From: Marsupella aquatica
Lineage: Eukaryota; Plantae; Marchantiophyta
DNA length: 64,000 nucleotides
Direction of reading: 5' to 3'
Assembly (NCBI GenBank): GCA_973895155.1
Contig: OZ316893.1
Coordinates: 22,293,844 to 22,357,843 of the forward strand
The notes beneath the pieces were generated by a model. The model did not search any database. It saw nothing but the letters and a program-made list of their open reading frames with translations, and was not told the DNA's origin. The position numbers and the translations under genes were made by a program. Shown piece by piece: positions 1-10,733 of this stretch (positions within the stretch are counted from its first letter, which is position 1; the number at the start of each line of letters is the position of its first letter).

Positions 1-1557
1 CGTTGAAAGGAGAGCTTGAAGATATCCGCGGAGCCCTTGAGCAGAAGGAAGCAGAGTTAGGGAAATCCTATCAAGGGATTATTGCGCTGCAGCAGGAGCT
101 TGCGTCCCTGACGGCCAGCTTCAAGGCCGACCTGCGTGAAAAGGACGACCAGCTCAACCAGACTTATGCCAAGATGAATAAGATGGAGTCTGTGGTCGTA
201 GCAGAGCTCGACAAGGAGCTAAGAGCAACCCAGGAGGAGAGGGCTACCCTGAAAAAAGAATTGGAGGAAGCCAATAAGGAGCTGGAGGAGGCGCGCAAGG
301 ACCTGGACAAGACCCAAAAGGAGTTGGAGGAAATCACGAGAAAGATGGAGAACCTACAGCGGCGGGCCGACAACCAAACGGAGCGGCTGAAGACACAAGC
401 CGCAATATTTAAATGCTTGGCTTCATCAGGTCCAACTCCAATTGAGGGAACCCAGTTACCAGGGGTAGTATTGGCCGCAGGACAAGCCGTACCACTCACC
501 CCGGTGCCGGAGGTAAGTGGCAAGGGGAAGGAACCGGCTGTCGAAATAGGGAAGAAGAAGAAGCGGAAACCTTCTAGGTCTGGGAGTTATACGGCTTCTC
601 AAGCCGTTGTGACCGAGAAGATAAACCCGGCACCAACCTCCGGCATCGGCACGGCGGTGGATCCACCAGTCCTAGGAAGTGGAGATGGCAAGGCCGAGGC
701 CGGGAGAACCAGTAATGCTACCGATGTACCGGATCCTCCACTAGAACATGTCGGGGAGGCCGTAGCCGTAGCGGAGGCCGTGATCGATGCTGAGGCCAAA
801 GCCGAGGGTGGACCCAGTCAGGCCGATGAAGAGTTGACTCGGTCAGGGGCAGGTAATCTGTCAGAGGACGGACCAACGGCAGTGGCTGCAGAGGAAGCAT
901 TGGGGGCGTCCAGTGAGAACTAGCCACCGGTGTCGTGACGGTGTAAGGGTGCCATCCCTTTTAGGGAGGGCGGACGTGGAGGTAGGAGGCGTGAGTGGGC
1001 AGGGCGGGCGCTGATCTCCAAGTTTAGACTTAGGATCAGGATCAGGAGATGGCCCTGACACTTAGATTAGTGGGATTTCGGATCCACGGGTGAGGGCGAC
1101 ACTTGTGCTCCTGCCTCCCTGTACATAGGTAGATTACAATTAGGTAGATTACAGTAGGTAGATTAGGCTTACGCTGCAAGGAATCAGGCGGATCCACAAC
1201 CAAGATAAGTACCTGGGCTGCGGGGAGTTCAGGGCCTCTTCTTTAGCAAGTTTTTAGTTGCACCAGCAGGGCTAGGATCAAGTAGTAAGAGAAGCTCTCG
1301 GTTAGTTATACAGTGACCCTTGTGTATATTCATGTTTCCTCATACCTAAGAACTGAATAGAGTTGGCCTCACGGCTTAGTTCGCAGAGCTTGTGTATGAG
1401 ATGTACTGTTTGTATGGCAAGTGCATGGTATAACTCAGTCAGAAGGAGTCATTTTGCTATTTGTGTGTCGCATTAATTTATGTGAAGAGTGCCCACATCA
1501 ACTAATAGAGGAATAGAAGTAAGCAGGGGAGTGAGAGTTGGATGTGTCGAGCTGAGA
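1..1557 (+). mobile_element. Partial family-A giant LTR (3' part), homology ends ~300 bp before the normal LTR end
   Basis: Collinear with 12057-13615 (ORF C-terminus plus downstream non-coding part); similarity stops abruptly after ...GATGTGTCGAGCTGAGA at 1557. Confidence 0.9.
3..923 (+). CDS. C-terminal coiled-coil/low-complexity part of the LTR-encoded accessory protein (5' part outside window)
   Basis: Aligns to the C-terminus of 34620..38219 (KGELE.IRGALEQKE.ELGKSYQG...ENLQRRADNQTERLK...KKKRKPS). Confidence 0.85.
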   Translation: MKGELEDIRGALEQKEAELGKSYQGIIALQQELASLTASFKADLREKDDQLNQTYAKMNKMESVVVAELDKELRATQEERATLKKELEEANKELEEARKDLDKTQKELEEITRKMENLQRRADNQTERLKTQAAIFKCLASSGPTPIEGTQLPGVVLAAGQAVPLTPVPEVSGKGKEPAVEIGKKKKRKPSRSGSYTASQAVVTEKINPAPTSGIGTAVDPPVLGSGDGKAEAGRTSNATDVPDPPLEHVGEAVAVAEAVIDAEAKAEGGPSQADEELTRSGAGNLSEDGPTAVAAEEALGASSEN

Positions 1558-2038
1558 ACCCCTATTTAGATAAAACTGGACAATTAGTGAAATTTTGGAT
1601 TGATTGAAATTACAATTAAATCATATTTAAGCAAAATAAATTCATTATTACTAAGTTAACACTTGCATGTACCAAAAAACCATATATATTGGTACACAAT
1701 GTCATAATTAGAATTATTGTAATATGCACAATTTAGAATGAAAGATGCACAATCCATGGTCCAATAATGAATAAAGTGGTACAAGGTGTACAATCACATT
1801 AATGTGCACAAATTTACTAGTAAGAGTGAAATGCATAATCCATGATCCAGTCATGAATAACCATCCACATATGGAAATCATTCAATGCTAGGTTGCTTTC
1901 TTGTGATTGTTGAAGAGAAGAATTTTATTGAAGAATTGCTCTCCCCTTTTTAATATGTCAAATCAACCAAATAACAAGGTGATGATGATGATTTACAATT
2001 ACTTATCCTTCTACTAATAAAACTACACTATCTAAGTA

Positions 2039-2685
2039 TCATGAAGTTGATGCTGCCTCATCCTCTAAGCATCTATTCAAATTGTCTCTTGCTTTCATTG
2101 CATGACTTTTTGCTATTCTAACTAAGCCACTTTTGGCTGTGGTCCGTCCCTTGAAACACCATAGTACAGTGTTCACACTTATTGTCTCAGTGGAATACCC
2201 TGGATCACGTTCCCATTGTTGATTCCAACAATCTAACCACCGCTGTCGTGGCTCATATTCTAGCTGACCACGTTTTCTTAGCATGTAAGGTCTATACCAC
2301 TCCACAATACACACATGTTCAAGTTGATTGTTGGCATTCAACTCTCCTTCTTCCACATTACTAATCACTTTGCCCAAATAAATTGGGTAAATATCTAGGT
2401 CAGCTGTGTCTGGCCGAACCAAGATATAATTATCTTTCATGATATCTACCCTTGGGTTAAAAGTTTCATGAGGTTTGTCTTTCCTTGGTCCCACATACCC
2501 AATCTTTGCATCCAACTCACATGCCACATTGCGGTACTATCTCTCCATTTTGACATGGGCCAAAATCCATGAACCAAGTGTTCCTCTCCAAATCTATATT
2601 GCACCGCCTCTGTCTCCAAAGTATGGATAATTTGATTCCAGTATTGTATCAGTGCCACCCATCTACCCTTTCCTTCTTTTGAAGT
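2039..2685 (-). pseudogene. 3' segment of Sola/DUF7869-like DDD transposase gene (frameshift near 2520)
   Basis: Removing the CACTA element and one AGT TSD joins ...FVYNRTT (21106) in frame to SKEGKGRWVALIQYW; continues via a frameshift into ORF 2039..2527. Confidence 0.7.
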
Positions 2686-2699
2686 CACTACAACACTAC

Positions 2700-3120
2700 C
2701 CACACCTTTTGCAAACTTGAAAGCATCGCAAACAACAAAGGAAATCAAAAAACAAAACTCGCCTTTGCGAAGTATCGCGCATCGCAATAGAATCGCAAAC
2801 TGCAAACCCCAAAGGTTCGCATCCGGTCTTTCGCAAGACCTTCGCAACGCCTTCGCAACTTGCGACACTAATAGAATCGCAAAGGACTCACATTTAAGCG
2901 ACTCCGTGGGCGTCGCGAGAGGCTTGCGATAATAATCAAGCAGTTAAATATTTGCAATCCCAGAAGTTTGGTAATCGGTTTGCGATATTAAGTTAATGGT
3001 AGTTATGCCATGAACATGGCTTCGCATTTTTGTGAACGTATGTGGTTTGCATAATGTTTGCGATACCTTCAATATGGTAAATATGCGAATTGGGTTGTTC
3101 GCATAGGTTTCGCAAGATGT
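2700..3120. repeat. CACTA-1 left subterminal repeats (TTCGCAA/TTGCGAA-type, both orientations)
   Basis: Many TCGCAA/TTGCGA motifs immediately inside the TIR. Confidence 0.85.
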
Positions 3121-3368
3121 CTTGAGGCTAGGGTTTAGATTTAGAGTTTTGAATTATGGTTGGGGTCTTGTCGTCCAACACGGAGAATGAGGTTTGAATC
3201 AAAATTGCTTTATAGAAAATTGATAGGTACACAAAAATTAGGGTTTCCTAAACCCTAAACCCTAGATGGGTGTCATATGACAAGCTAGGTCCCTATAAGA
3301 CTACCCATATCAAAACTATATACTACACTAAGTAAATGGGCATCCCATAGGCACTACACCACCAAGCT

Positions 3369-5235
3369 CTAGAATGGGGTCCTCCTACTCCTTGTCGCCG
3401 GCCTCTTCCCCTTGTCCCTCTTGCGACGATCCGGACGTGGCACAGGAGGTGGTGCTGGCTGCTCCTCCACATCTGGTTCCTCCTCGTCCTCGTCCTCATC
3501 CTCTTCCTCCCCCTCCTGCTGGGAAACTCCTCCTACTGGTCCAGATCCACTACTCCCTCCTACCTTGGGCCCCTTTGTCGTGGTCCCCTCATTGTTCTCA
3601 TCGGTGCTGCTGGTATCACTGGCATCCTCATCATCCTGTTTGCACAGCACAACGCCAAATTGGTTTAGGTTTACGGAATGAAAAGATAAGTGGATTGGGT
3701 GGGAAAAACTGAAGGGGATACATGCACTTACAGTCGCCAACTCTGCGTCAACCAAGTCAAAGAGATGTTTGGCTCCATGCGCAGCTCCTATCTCCATCTC
3801 TTTTGCTGTTATCTTCCTGCGGTACCTCTTATACTACCACAACCAAACATTCCAAAACCAAAATCAATCGAGGTTAATATGCTATAAACCCAAGAAAAAT
3901 GCATGGAGGTGCTAATAGGGTGCCCCCTAACACAAAACTGGGCTCAATAACCCTTAGCGGTTTTTTTAAAACATAATACACACTTGCAAAACTCCCCACT
4001 TCGCAAATTCAAATAAATTGGCTGTTTGCGAAGTAGTTTGCGAAGCGAGTTATTTCGCAATAGCTTCGCATTTACAACTTTAAAAAATGCCATGATAGAC
4101 TTTGCGAAACATTTGCGAAGCAACCCGCATCGCAAAAGCTTCGCAAACTCTGTTTTTAAAAAATTCCGAGAAATCTCTAAGGCACGCAATGTGTCAGGGT
4201 GACCTAAAGTACAAGGCAGGCCGTAAGAAAGAAACAAGAGGTATGCAGGGGGGGCATTGCAGGTTTGGATAGCAATTGAAAGCAAGGAAACAGAAGCAGG
4301 GGAGGAGAGGGCCCACTCACAAAGTGTGCTTTGAGGCCGGGAAGTCCACCTTGGCCCATCTTGTGCGTGGTCTTGGGCCGTTTGCTAACTCGCTCAGCTG
4401 CAAGGATGAATTTTTGGGGTGGTGCACCCACTTCATCCACAATGTGCTGCATGTGAGACACTTTCTCAGCCATTGCCTTGAGCTCTCGGTCGGACTTCCC
4501 GGCCTTCTGTGCCTTGGCTTCCATCTCCTTCCAGAAGAGAAGGTTCCTGGCAGCTCTCATCTGCACCTCCACTTTGTAAAAGGCATTCCACACGTCCTCA
4601 GTGAATTGCAGTGGCCTCCTCACGTTTCTGTACTCCTCCAAGTTTGCCAGGTAGGCCCTTACCTTCTTTCTATCATGGTACCATGCTTGAGACATTGAAT
4701 TGGAAATTCTATCTACAAGCCACTGTTCATCAATCTCTGCTCCATTTCGAAATGAATCTTTGATTTGACTCATTACTTTCTTCTGGTCTGCCTTGCTGAG
4801 TTTCCCCCACTCAACTCCTCGTGCAAAATTGGAGCGCACCATAAGCCTGATAGTGCTCTTTGCCCCGGTGTAGGCCAGTTCAGTAGGAATGCCTTCGATC
4901 AAGGCAATCATAGGCAGCTTCTTCCTCTCTTCCTCCTTCTTTCGCTGCTCCTCCCGTTGTGCTCTTATCTCATCTTGTTCCTCTCTCCTCCTCTTCTTTT
5001 CTAGGGCAGCAGGTGAGACTACTCCTGCCTTGGCCCTCTCCTCCTTCTTACGCTTCTTCTCTCTTGCCTTCTGTTGAGCTGCACTCCTTTGCTCCTCCTC
5101 CCTTGCAATGTTCCCTGCATCTACTCCCGTTTGCAAGGCTTGCCCAAGGATTGCACTCAAAGAAGCAATCCCTACTGGTGTAGTCAAATCTAAGTGGCTC
5201 AACTGTGCTGCATTGAGGTGCTCAGCCATCAAATC
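3369..5235 (-). pseudogene. CACTA TnpA-like (Ptta/En-Spm type) gene, main exons 5235-4321, 3833-3732, 3635-3369; interrupted by solo LTR
   Basis: ORF 4204..5232 with EDVWNAFY...KTTHKMGQGG (resembles the W...H..G pattern of TnpA-type proteins); phase-0 GT-AG introns 4320-3834 and 3731-3636; acidic C-terminus with basic tail. Confidence 0.6.
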
Positions 5236-6725
5236 TGTGATGCCTAGATAGGAATCACTCAGCCAGTTAAGTGGGTAAAGCAGGAAGGCACCCTAGGAAC
5301 ACCTTAGTATAGGGACAAAACAAGGAAAATATAAATAATTAGGGGCAACCATGGAACCCGGGCCGAGGCCGGAGGTAAGGACGCTGAGGGTGAAAACTCG
5401 ATTAGGGTTAGGGCGCGTTAAGCATTGGCGGCTAGGAAGGATCAACGAGAAGAAGGACCGGCAGAGGAGAGGGGTAAGGAGCGCTTGCAGGAGATGGTGG
5501 CTCATTTGCGAGCACGAACTAGGCAGACGACTACGGGAGGCCAACTACTGTCAGCTGCTTAGGCAAGCACTCGGGGAGAGAGTAGATACCGACGATCGAC
5601 CTAAGGAGGGTATGAGCAACGTCAATCAAGTGGCACATTTCTGGGGATGCCTGTTCGAACGGGCAACTGAGTACATCAAGACTTACGAGGACGAGGAATC
5701 AGAAAGGGCAGCTCGAGAACGGCAGGAGCTCGCTCGATTGTGGGAGCTGCAGAAGACGGCTTTCTTAGGAGGCAAACTCATCAAGGACGAGTTCCTGTGG
5801 ACGCCTACTTCCAATCAACTCGACGATCTTCTGTTTTGCAAAGACAGCATCGTCGGCATCCGAGAGGCCATCAAGAACTGCAACGACATACACTGGGAAT
5901 TAAAGGGTAGCACGGAAAGGTGGACCCAAGCAACGGTGCTAGGAGAAACCTCCACAGCAGCAGAGATGAAGAGGAAGGGAGCCGTCAACGATGAAGCCAC
6001 CCCGGCAAAAAGAACGAGGTTGGCGGCACCAAAGAAGCCAGCCGAGCAGCAGAGCAGGAGGCAGGGAGAAGCCGAAGAGGAGGAGGTCGATCCCATCAAG
6101 GCCATTCCAACCAGGGATGACACCTGGAAGGGCTGGGCGGCAACCCTACCGGTGGAAGTGCAACTACATTTTGCACGGGAGGAGGATGCATGCTTTATGG
6201 CCATGCAGACCAAGAAGTATCAAGGCTTCATGGCCGGATCCGGCTTAGAGGCCTTTGTAAGATTACCATGGCTGAAGCCGGAGGTACCGGAGTCAGACCT
6301 ATTAGAATTTGTGGGGTCATGGGAACCCGAGACCAATTGCACGAGGATATATGGGAAGGATTTCTATCTTACTTCCAAGGTAATTGCCGAAGTGTTTTGC
6401 TTGCCGATAGGCAATAAGACCAAAGTTGATACCAGGAAGACCTTGCCTGACAAGGAGTTCCGGTCGTTCCCCGGGCCATCAACGAAGAATGGCTTCTTCC
6501 GGAACACCTGCACCAACCCGCACATAGGAGAGATGATCAACTTCTTGCGGGTGACCATGCATTGTAACTTGCCGAGGGCAGAGATCGGCAAGGCACAGGT
6601 CTATCTGGCAGAGAGGCCAGACCCAAGCCGGGACTACAACGGGTACCTCCTCAACCAATTGAAGAAGATCTTAAAGGAGGAGCAGCAGGTAATCGGCATG
6701 GGGAGCGTGTCGTGGCTTGGCTATC

Positions 6726-9700
6726 TGTCACGTCGTAGGCTTTGGCCTTAACTCAGACTTCAGCTTAGACGGGCACATCCCTCGTAAATCTGAGGGTTCG
6801 GGCAGGAAGGGAAGCACGTAATGCACCTTATTCTCGTAAACTAGCGCTAAGTGCGCATACTGCTAAATACGGACACCTCCTAGGTATGGTTTGTGTTCCG
6901 CCGCCGGAACGTACCCTAGTCGATAGCAGGATCGACCCCGGCTTAAGGGCTTCTAAGCCTTCGTGCTGTCCGCCTTCGATCCGGATTCGATGATACAGGT
7001 CCTCAACCCGTGCTCGCAACCACTTACCCGCAGGCTGCACCCTATGCACGTCTCGGGTAGTGCGTTCGGCCCGGCGCTGCCACCCATATACGAGAAACCC
7101 ACACACATATGCGCACACATGCATACAATCTCGATTTACACGAAGGAAAAATGATGGGAAAGGATTTTTACTACAAAGGGAACATATGCGTACACTTAGT
7201 TGACACGACAGCCCTGGAATGCACAGGTTCAAGACCAAGGGTGCACACTACAACGGAGCCCGGCTCCGCACTCGCCCGGCAAGCTTAGTCCTACCCCCTC
7301 CCCTTGGTACTCTGTCATTCCCAGAGGTCGGGACTCCCCGCATGTCCCGCGGATGTCCGACTCTGAAACAAAAAATCCCCCCTGCCTCTACCGAGGGGTG
7401 CACTAAATACTAAGAGCCGAGGAACGGGGTGTCCTCCCGCCGAAGATTCGCTGACCAAGGTCCTAACTAAGCTGACAGTCAGGCCGGAAAACGGCTGTGT
7501 CTTATTAGAAGATCCTAATCTACGCAGGCTGGACAGCAGGGCAGCGCTGCCGTACCTAAGGCAGGTGCCTGTCCCAAGAGCCTGACTAAGCCAATCCTAA
7601 TCCTAATCTATTCCTACTCCGCCGCTAATGCCTGGCACGCTTGCCAGAGCCGCCCAAATGGGAACGGCCATCCCGCTGCCTTCGAAGCCTGTCATTGTCC
7701 GCTTTGAGGAGCTGGACCTGGTCCAGCAGAGATTCGTTCTCTCGCCTCGCCGCGTCCGTCTCCTCTGCTGCCTCCTGACATGCCTCCTCCAGCTGCTGGG
7801 CGTCGCTCGCCAGTTTACTCGCCAGCTGGTCCTGCTTCTCGGCCTCGGTTTGGAGCCGCGCCATCTTGGCCTGCAGCGTGGCTATCTCCGTCGCGTCTCG
7901 CTGGGCTCGCTCCTCGGCCTCCTCCAGGTCTTTCTGCCAGGTGACAGCTTGTTTCTTCAAACTGTCAATCTGGTTCCGGAGTCGTGTAATCTCGGCCTCG
8001 TTCCCAGCTTTGGCCTGTTCGGCTAGGGCGATAAGAGCGTACGCCTTTGCTAACAACTCATCGGCGGCTGCAACCTTGGGTTGTAGTTGCAGAAGCTCAG
8101 CCTCTTGAGCCGCCACTTCGTTCTTTAGGTACACGGACTCCACCCGGTACCGCTCTATCCTCTGAAGGGCCTCCGACTGGGCCCGCCCTACCTTTACGGC
8201 GGCAACCAACTCCTGATTGAAGAAACAGGCTACCTTCCGAGCCATGAACTCCCCGGTATCCCGGGCAATTTGATGAGAGAAATCTCCCAGAAGCCCGTTC
8301 AGAAACGTACCCTGTACGAAGAGTTCCGGGTGGTCCAAGTTGTGCCTGTCCGGATTTGGGCACGGGCAGACATCAACACGCGCAGGGGCCGGGGCAGTGA
8401 CGTCCAGCCCTGGGGACATAATGTTGGAAGGGGCCGGAGTATCCTCCTGCAGCGATGTCCGGTTCTCCGGAATTGCCACCGGCGGGTCCTTGGGAGACCC
8501 GGGTTCGGGTAAGACCTCTGCCGTACCAACTTCTATACTTAGCCCGGCTAGTTGGGTCGCATCAACGGTTGCGACGACCGACCCCTCCGGCGCCTCCTCG
8601 GTTACGATTACAGCTATTTGTGGAGGTGGGGTGGGTGAAGCTGGCGTGTCCACTGGACTTCGGGCCTCGGGTTGGGGCCGTCTCTCCAATGTCGGAAAAA
8701 CCCACCTAGCTGGGACCAGCTTTGTAACGTTGATGCGGGGAAGGGTTCGTCGATCAAACCGGGCGTACCACTCAAGAATGATTTCGATGTGGCTAGCGAA
8801 ATACGCCTTCCCGCCAATGTACAGCGTCTTCCTTCGCCGCTCCATCTCTTCATGGAATTTCTTAGCGAAGTACGACGCCCACTTCCTAGGTCGATAGTTC
8901 TCGACCTGGATGACCTGGGCGGCGGAGATCTCCCCCCGGGGTTCCATCATGTGGAGAGCGTACCTCTAGAACTCCAGCCGCTCAGCTATCTCGGGCATGA
9001 GGCAGGTCCTCATCACGAACCCGTTGTCTACTGATCCCTCTGAGGGAAAACTTGAAGATTGGTACTTGGCCCCCTTGCCCCCGGGAGCCCGTGATTCGAC
9101 CGATGGTCACCTTCGGGTAACCCGAAGATCATCTTGAGCCGTTCTTCTGTGAGGGACATATTCCTTCCCCGCAGCCGAGTCTGTTGACGTACGTCGTCAT
9201 AATTCTTGACGAATTCTGTCATGTCCTCCCCGTAGTACCTGCAAGTGTTCCAGGGGAGAGAGGCGAGGTGCTCAAATCCCTGAGTCTTCAGGTACACCGC
9301 ATGCTTGGGATGGAGGATGTTGCTGTGAACGTTTTCCCCCATGCGATGCATCGTTACCTTGGCTACGGCTACCGTGGCCAACGGTAACCCGAATGCACTG
9401 GCGGATTCCTTCCTCTTCTTTCCCCGTGACTGACTCGGGGAAGGTGATACTTCCCCATCCTCCCGATCGGGCCTGGGGAGTGCCACTGCGGTTGGTAACG
9501 GGCCCGGGGCGGCCACGGTCACCATGTTGTCTGCTGGGGCCGCTCCTGGGGTCAGAGCAGGGGGTGGGGACGATATAGTGTCGGCCCCCCGAGCGCTTGT
9601 TCCTCTGGGCCGCCTGGTCAAGGGTGGGGTAGCCTCGTCGTCATCGCTAAGATCCACCGCGTTGATGACGGAGCGTACCTGTGCTGGTTGGGTGATAGGT

Positions 9701-10733
9701 GGTGGGGTTTGGCTAGGCTGCGGCTGAGGCTGAAGCTGAAGTTGAGGTTGCATGGGCACGGGTACGGGTACGGGTACGGGTACGGCTGAGTTGGTCATGT
9801 TGGTTGATGGCCGAGTTCCCATGAAGCTCTGTAGGTGCTGGTAGAAGTTCTCCGAAGCGAGTGCGGACGCCCTTGTCGAACGGTTGGTACTGGACTCGCC
9901 GTTAATGACTGCCCGAACCTGGGCAGGGATGTGGTCGAAGTGATGTCGCTGCAGGTCGATTGTACCCGGGATATTGAAGACCTCGTCCGGAAGCCGAAGC
10001 AATGCTTCCCAGAACCCGATATATTTGTCTCCGTCAAAGAAGTACCCAGATACCTCAGCTGGTCGGTAAAGCTCGCTCTGAGACGGGTAGTCAAAGTTAA
10101 GGACGTAGTGGTGTCATCCTGCTAGGCGGATGGCTCTCTCGTATTCGCGTTCGATCTCGTATCGGCGCGGGTTGGCGTGTTTCAATGAATCGGCCAAGTG
10201 CCTTCCGGTAGATAGGAACTGCGTCCAGAATCGAATGGCCAAGCTGGAGAGGATCGTGTGCGACATTCAGAGGAGATAGTAGTGGCGACCTAGAGAGAAC
10301 GAGAGAGCTGGGGTCGAAGCTGGCGCGCGGACTGATGGACTGGTGCACTACAAAGGGTTGGCTTCCCTTTTATACTTTGAGGGCTTGTCGATCCCCGACG
10401 TCTCCTCGACGCCCATAGGTTGAACCGCTCACGCTTGTGGTGTACCAGCCACTCCGCCGGTCTGAGTCAGCGTGCGTCAGTGGCCGCTTCCTTAAGTTCG
10501 TTATACGGACCCGAGGGAGGGGCCCCTCCATGCTCATAACCCGGGTGTGCGAATAGCGACCCGCCGCCAGCCCGAACCTGAAGTCCCCCTTATTGCCTAA
10601 TGATGTCCTACCCCTAATGATTACCTAAATACTGTCGTTATGCTAATAATAGCGGCCTAAGACCCACCTAACGCACGTGCCGAGCGCAGTTAGACTGAAT
10701 CACTCATTTAACCGCCGTACCGGCGGCGTCACA
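6726..10733 (-). mobile_element. Family-B element, probable solo LTR (4008 bp) carrying a homologous accessory gene
   Basis: TG...CA termini (minus strand starts TGTGACGCC, like family A TGTGATGCC); 5-bp TSD CTATC (6721-6725, 10734-10738); no gag/pol. Confidence 0.85.
7625..10266 (-). pseudogene. Family-B accessory gene (PMD/Transposase_32-like region + coiled coil); stops at 10114-10116 and 8966-8968, frameshift ~9080-9110
   Basis: Manual translation from ATG 10266: MSHTILSSLAIRFW...; motif GFEHLASLPW...EFVKNYD...TRLRGRNMSLTEERLKMIFGLPEG matches family A GLEAFVRLPW...EFVGSWE...TRIYGKDFYLTPKVIAEVFGLPIG. Confidence 0.85.
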
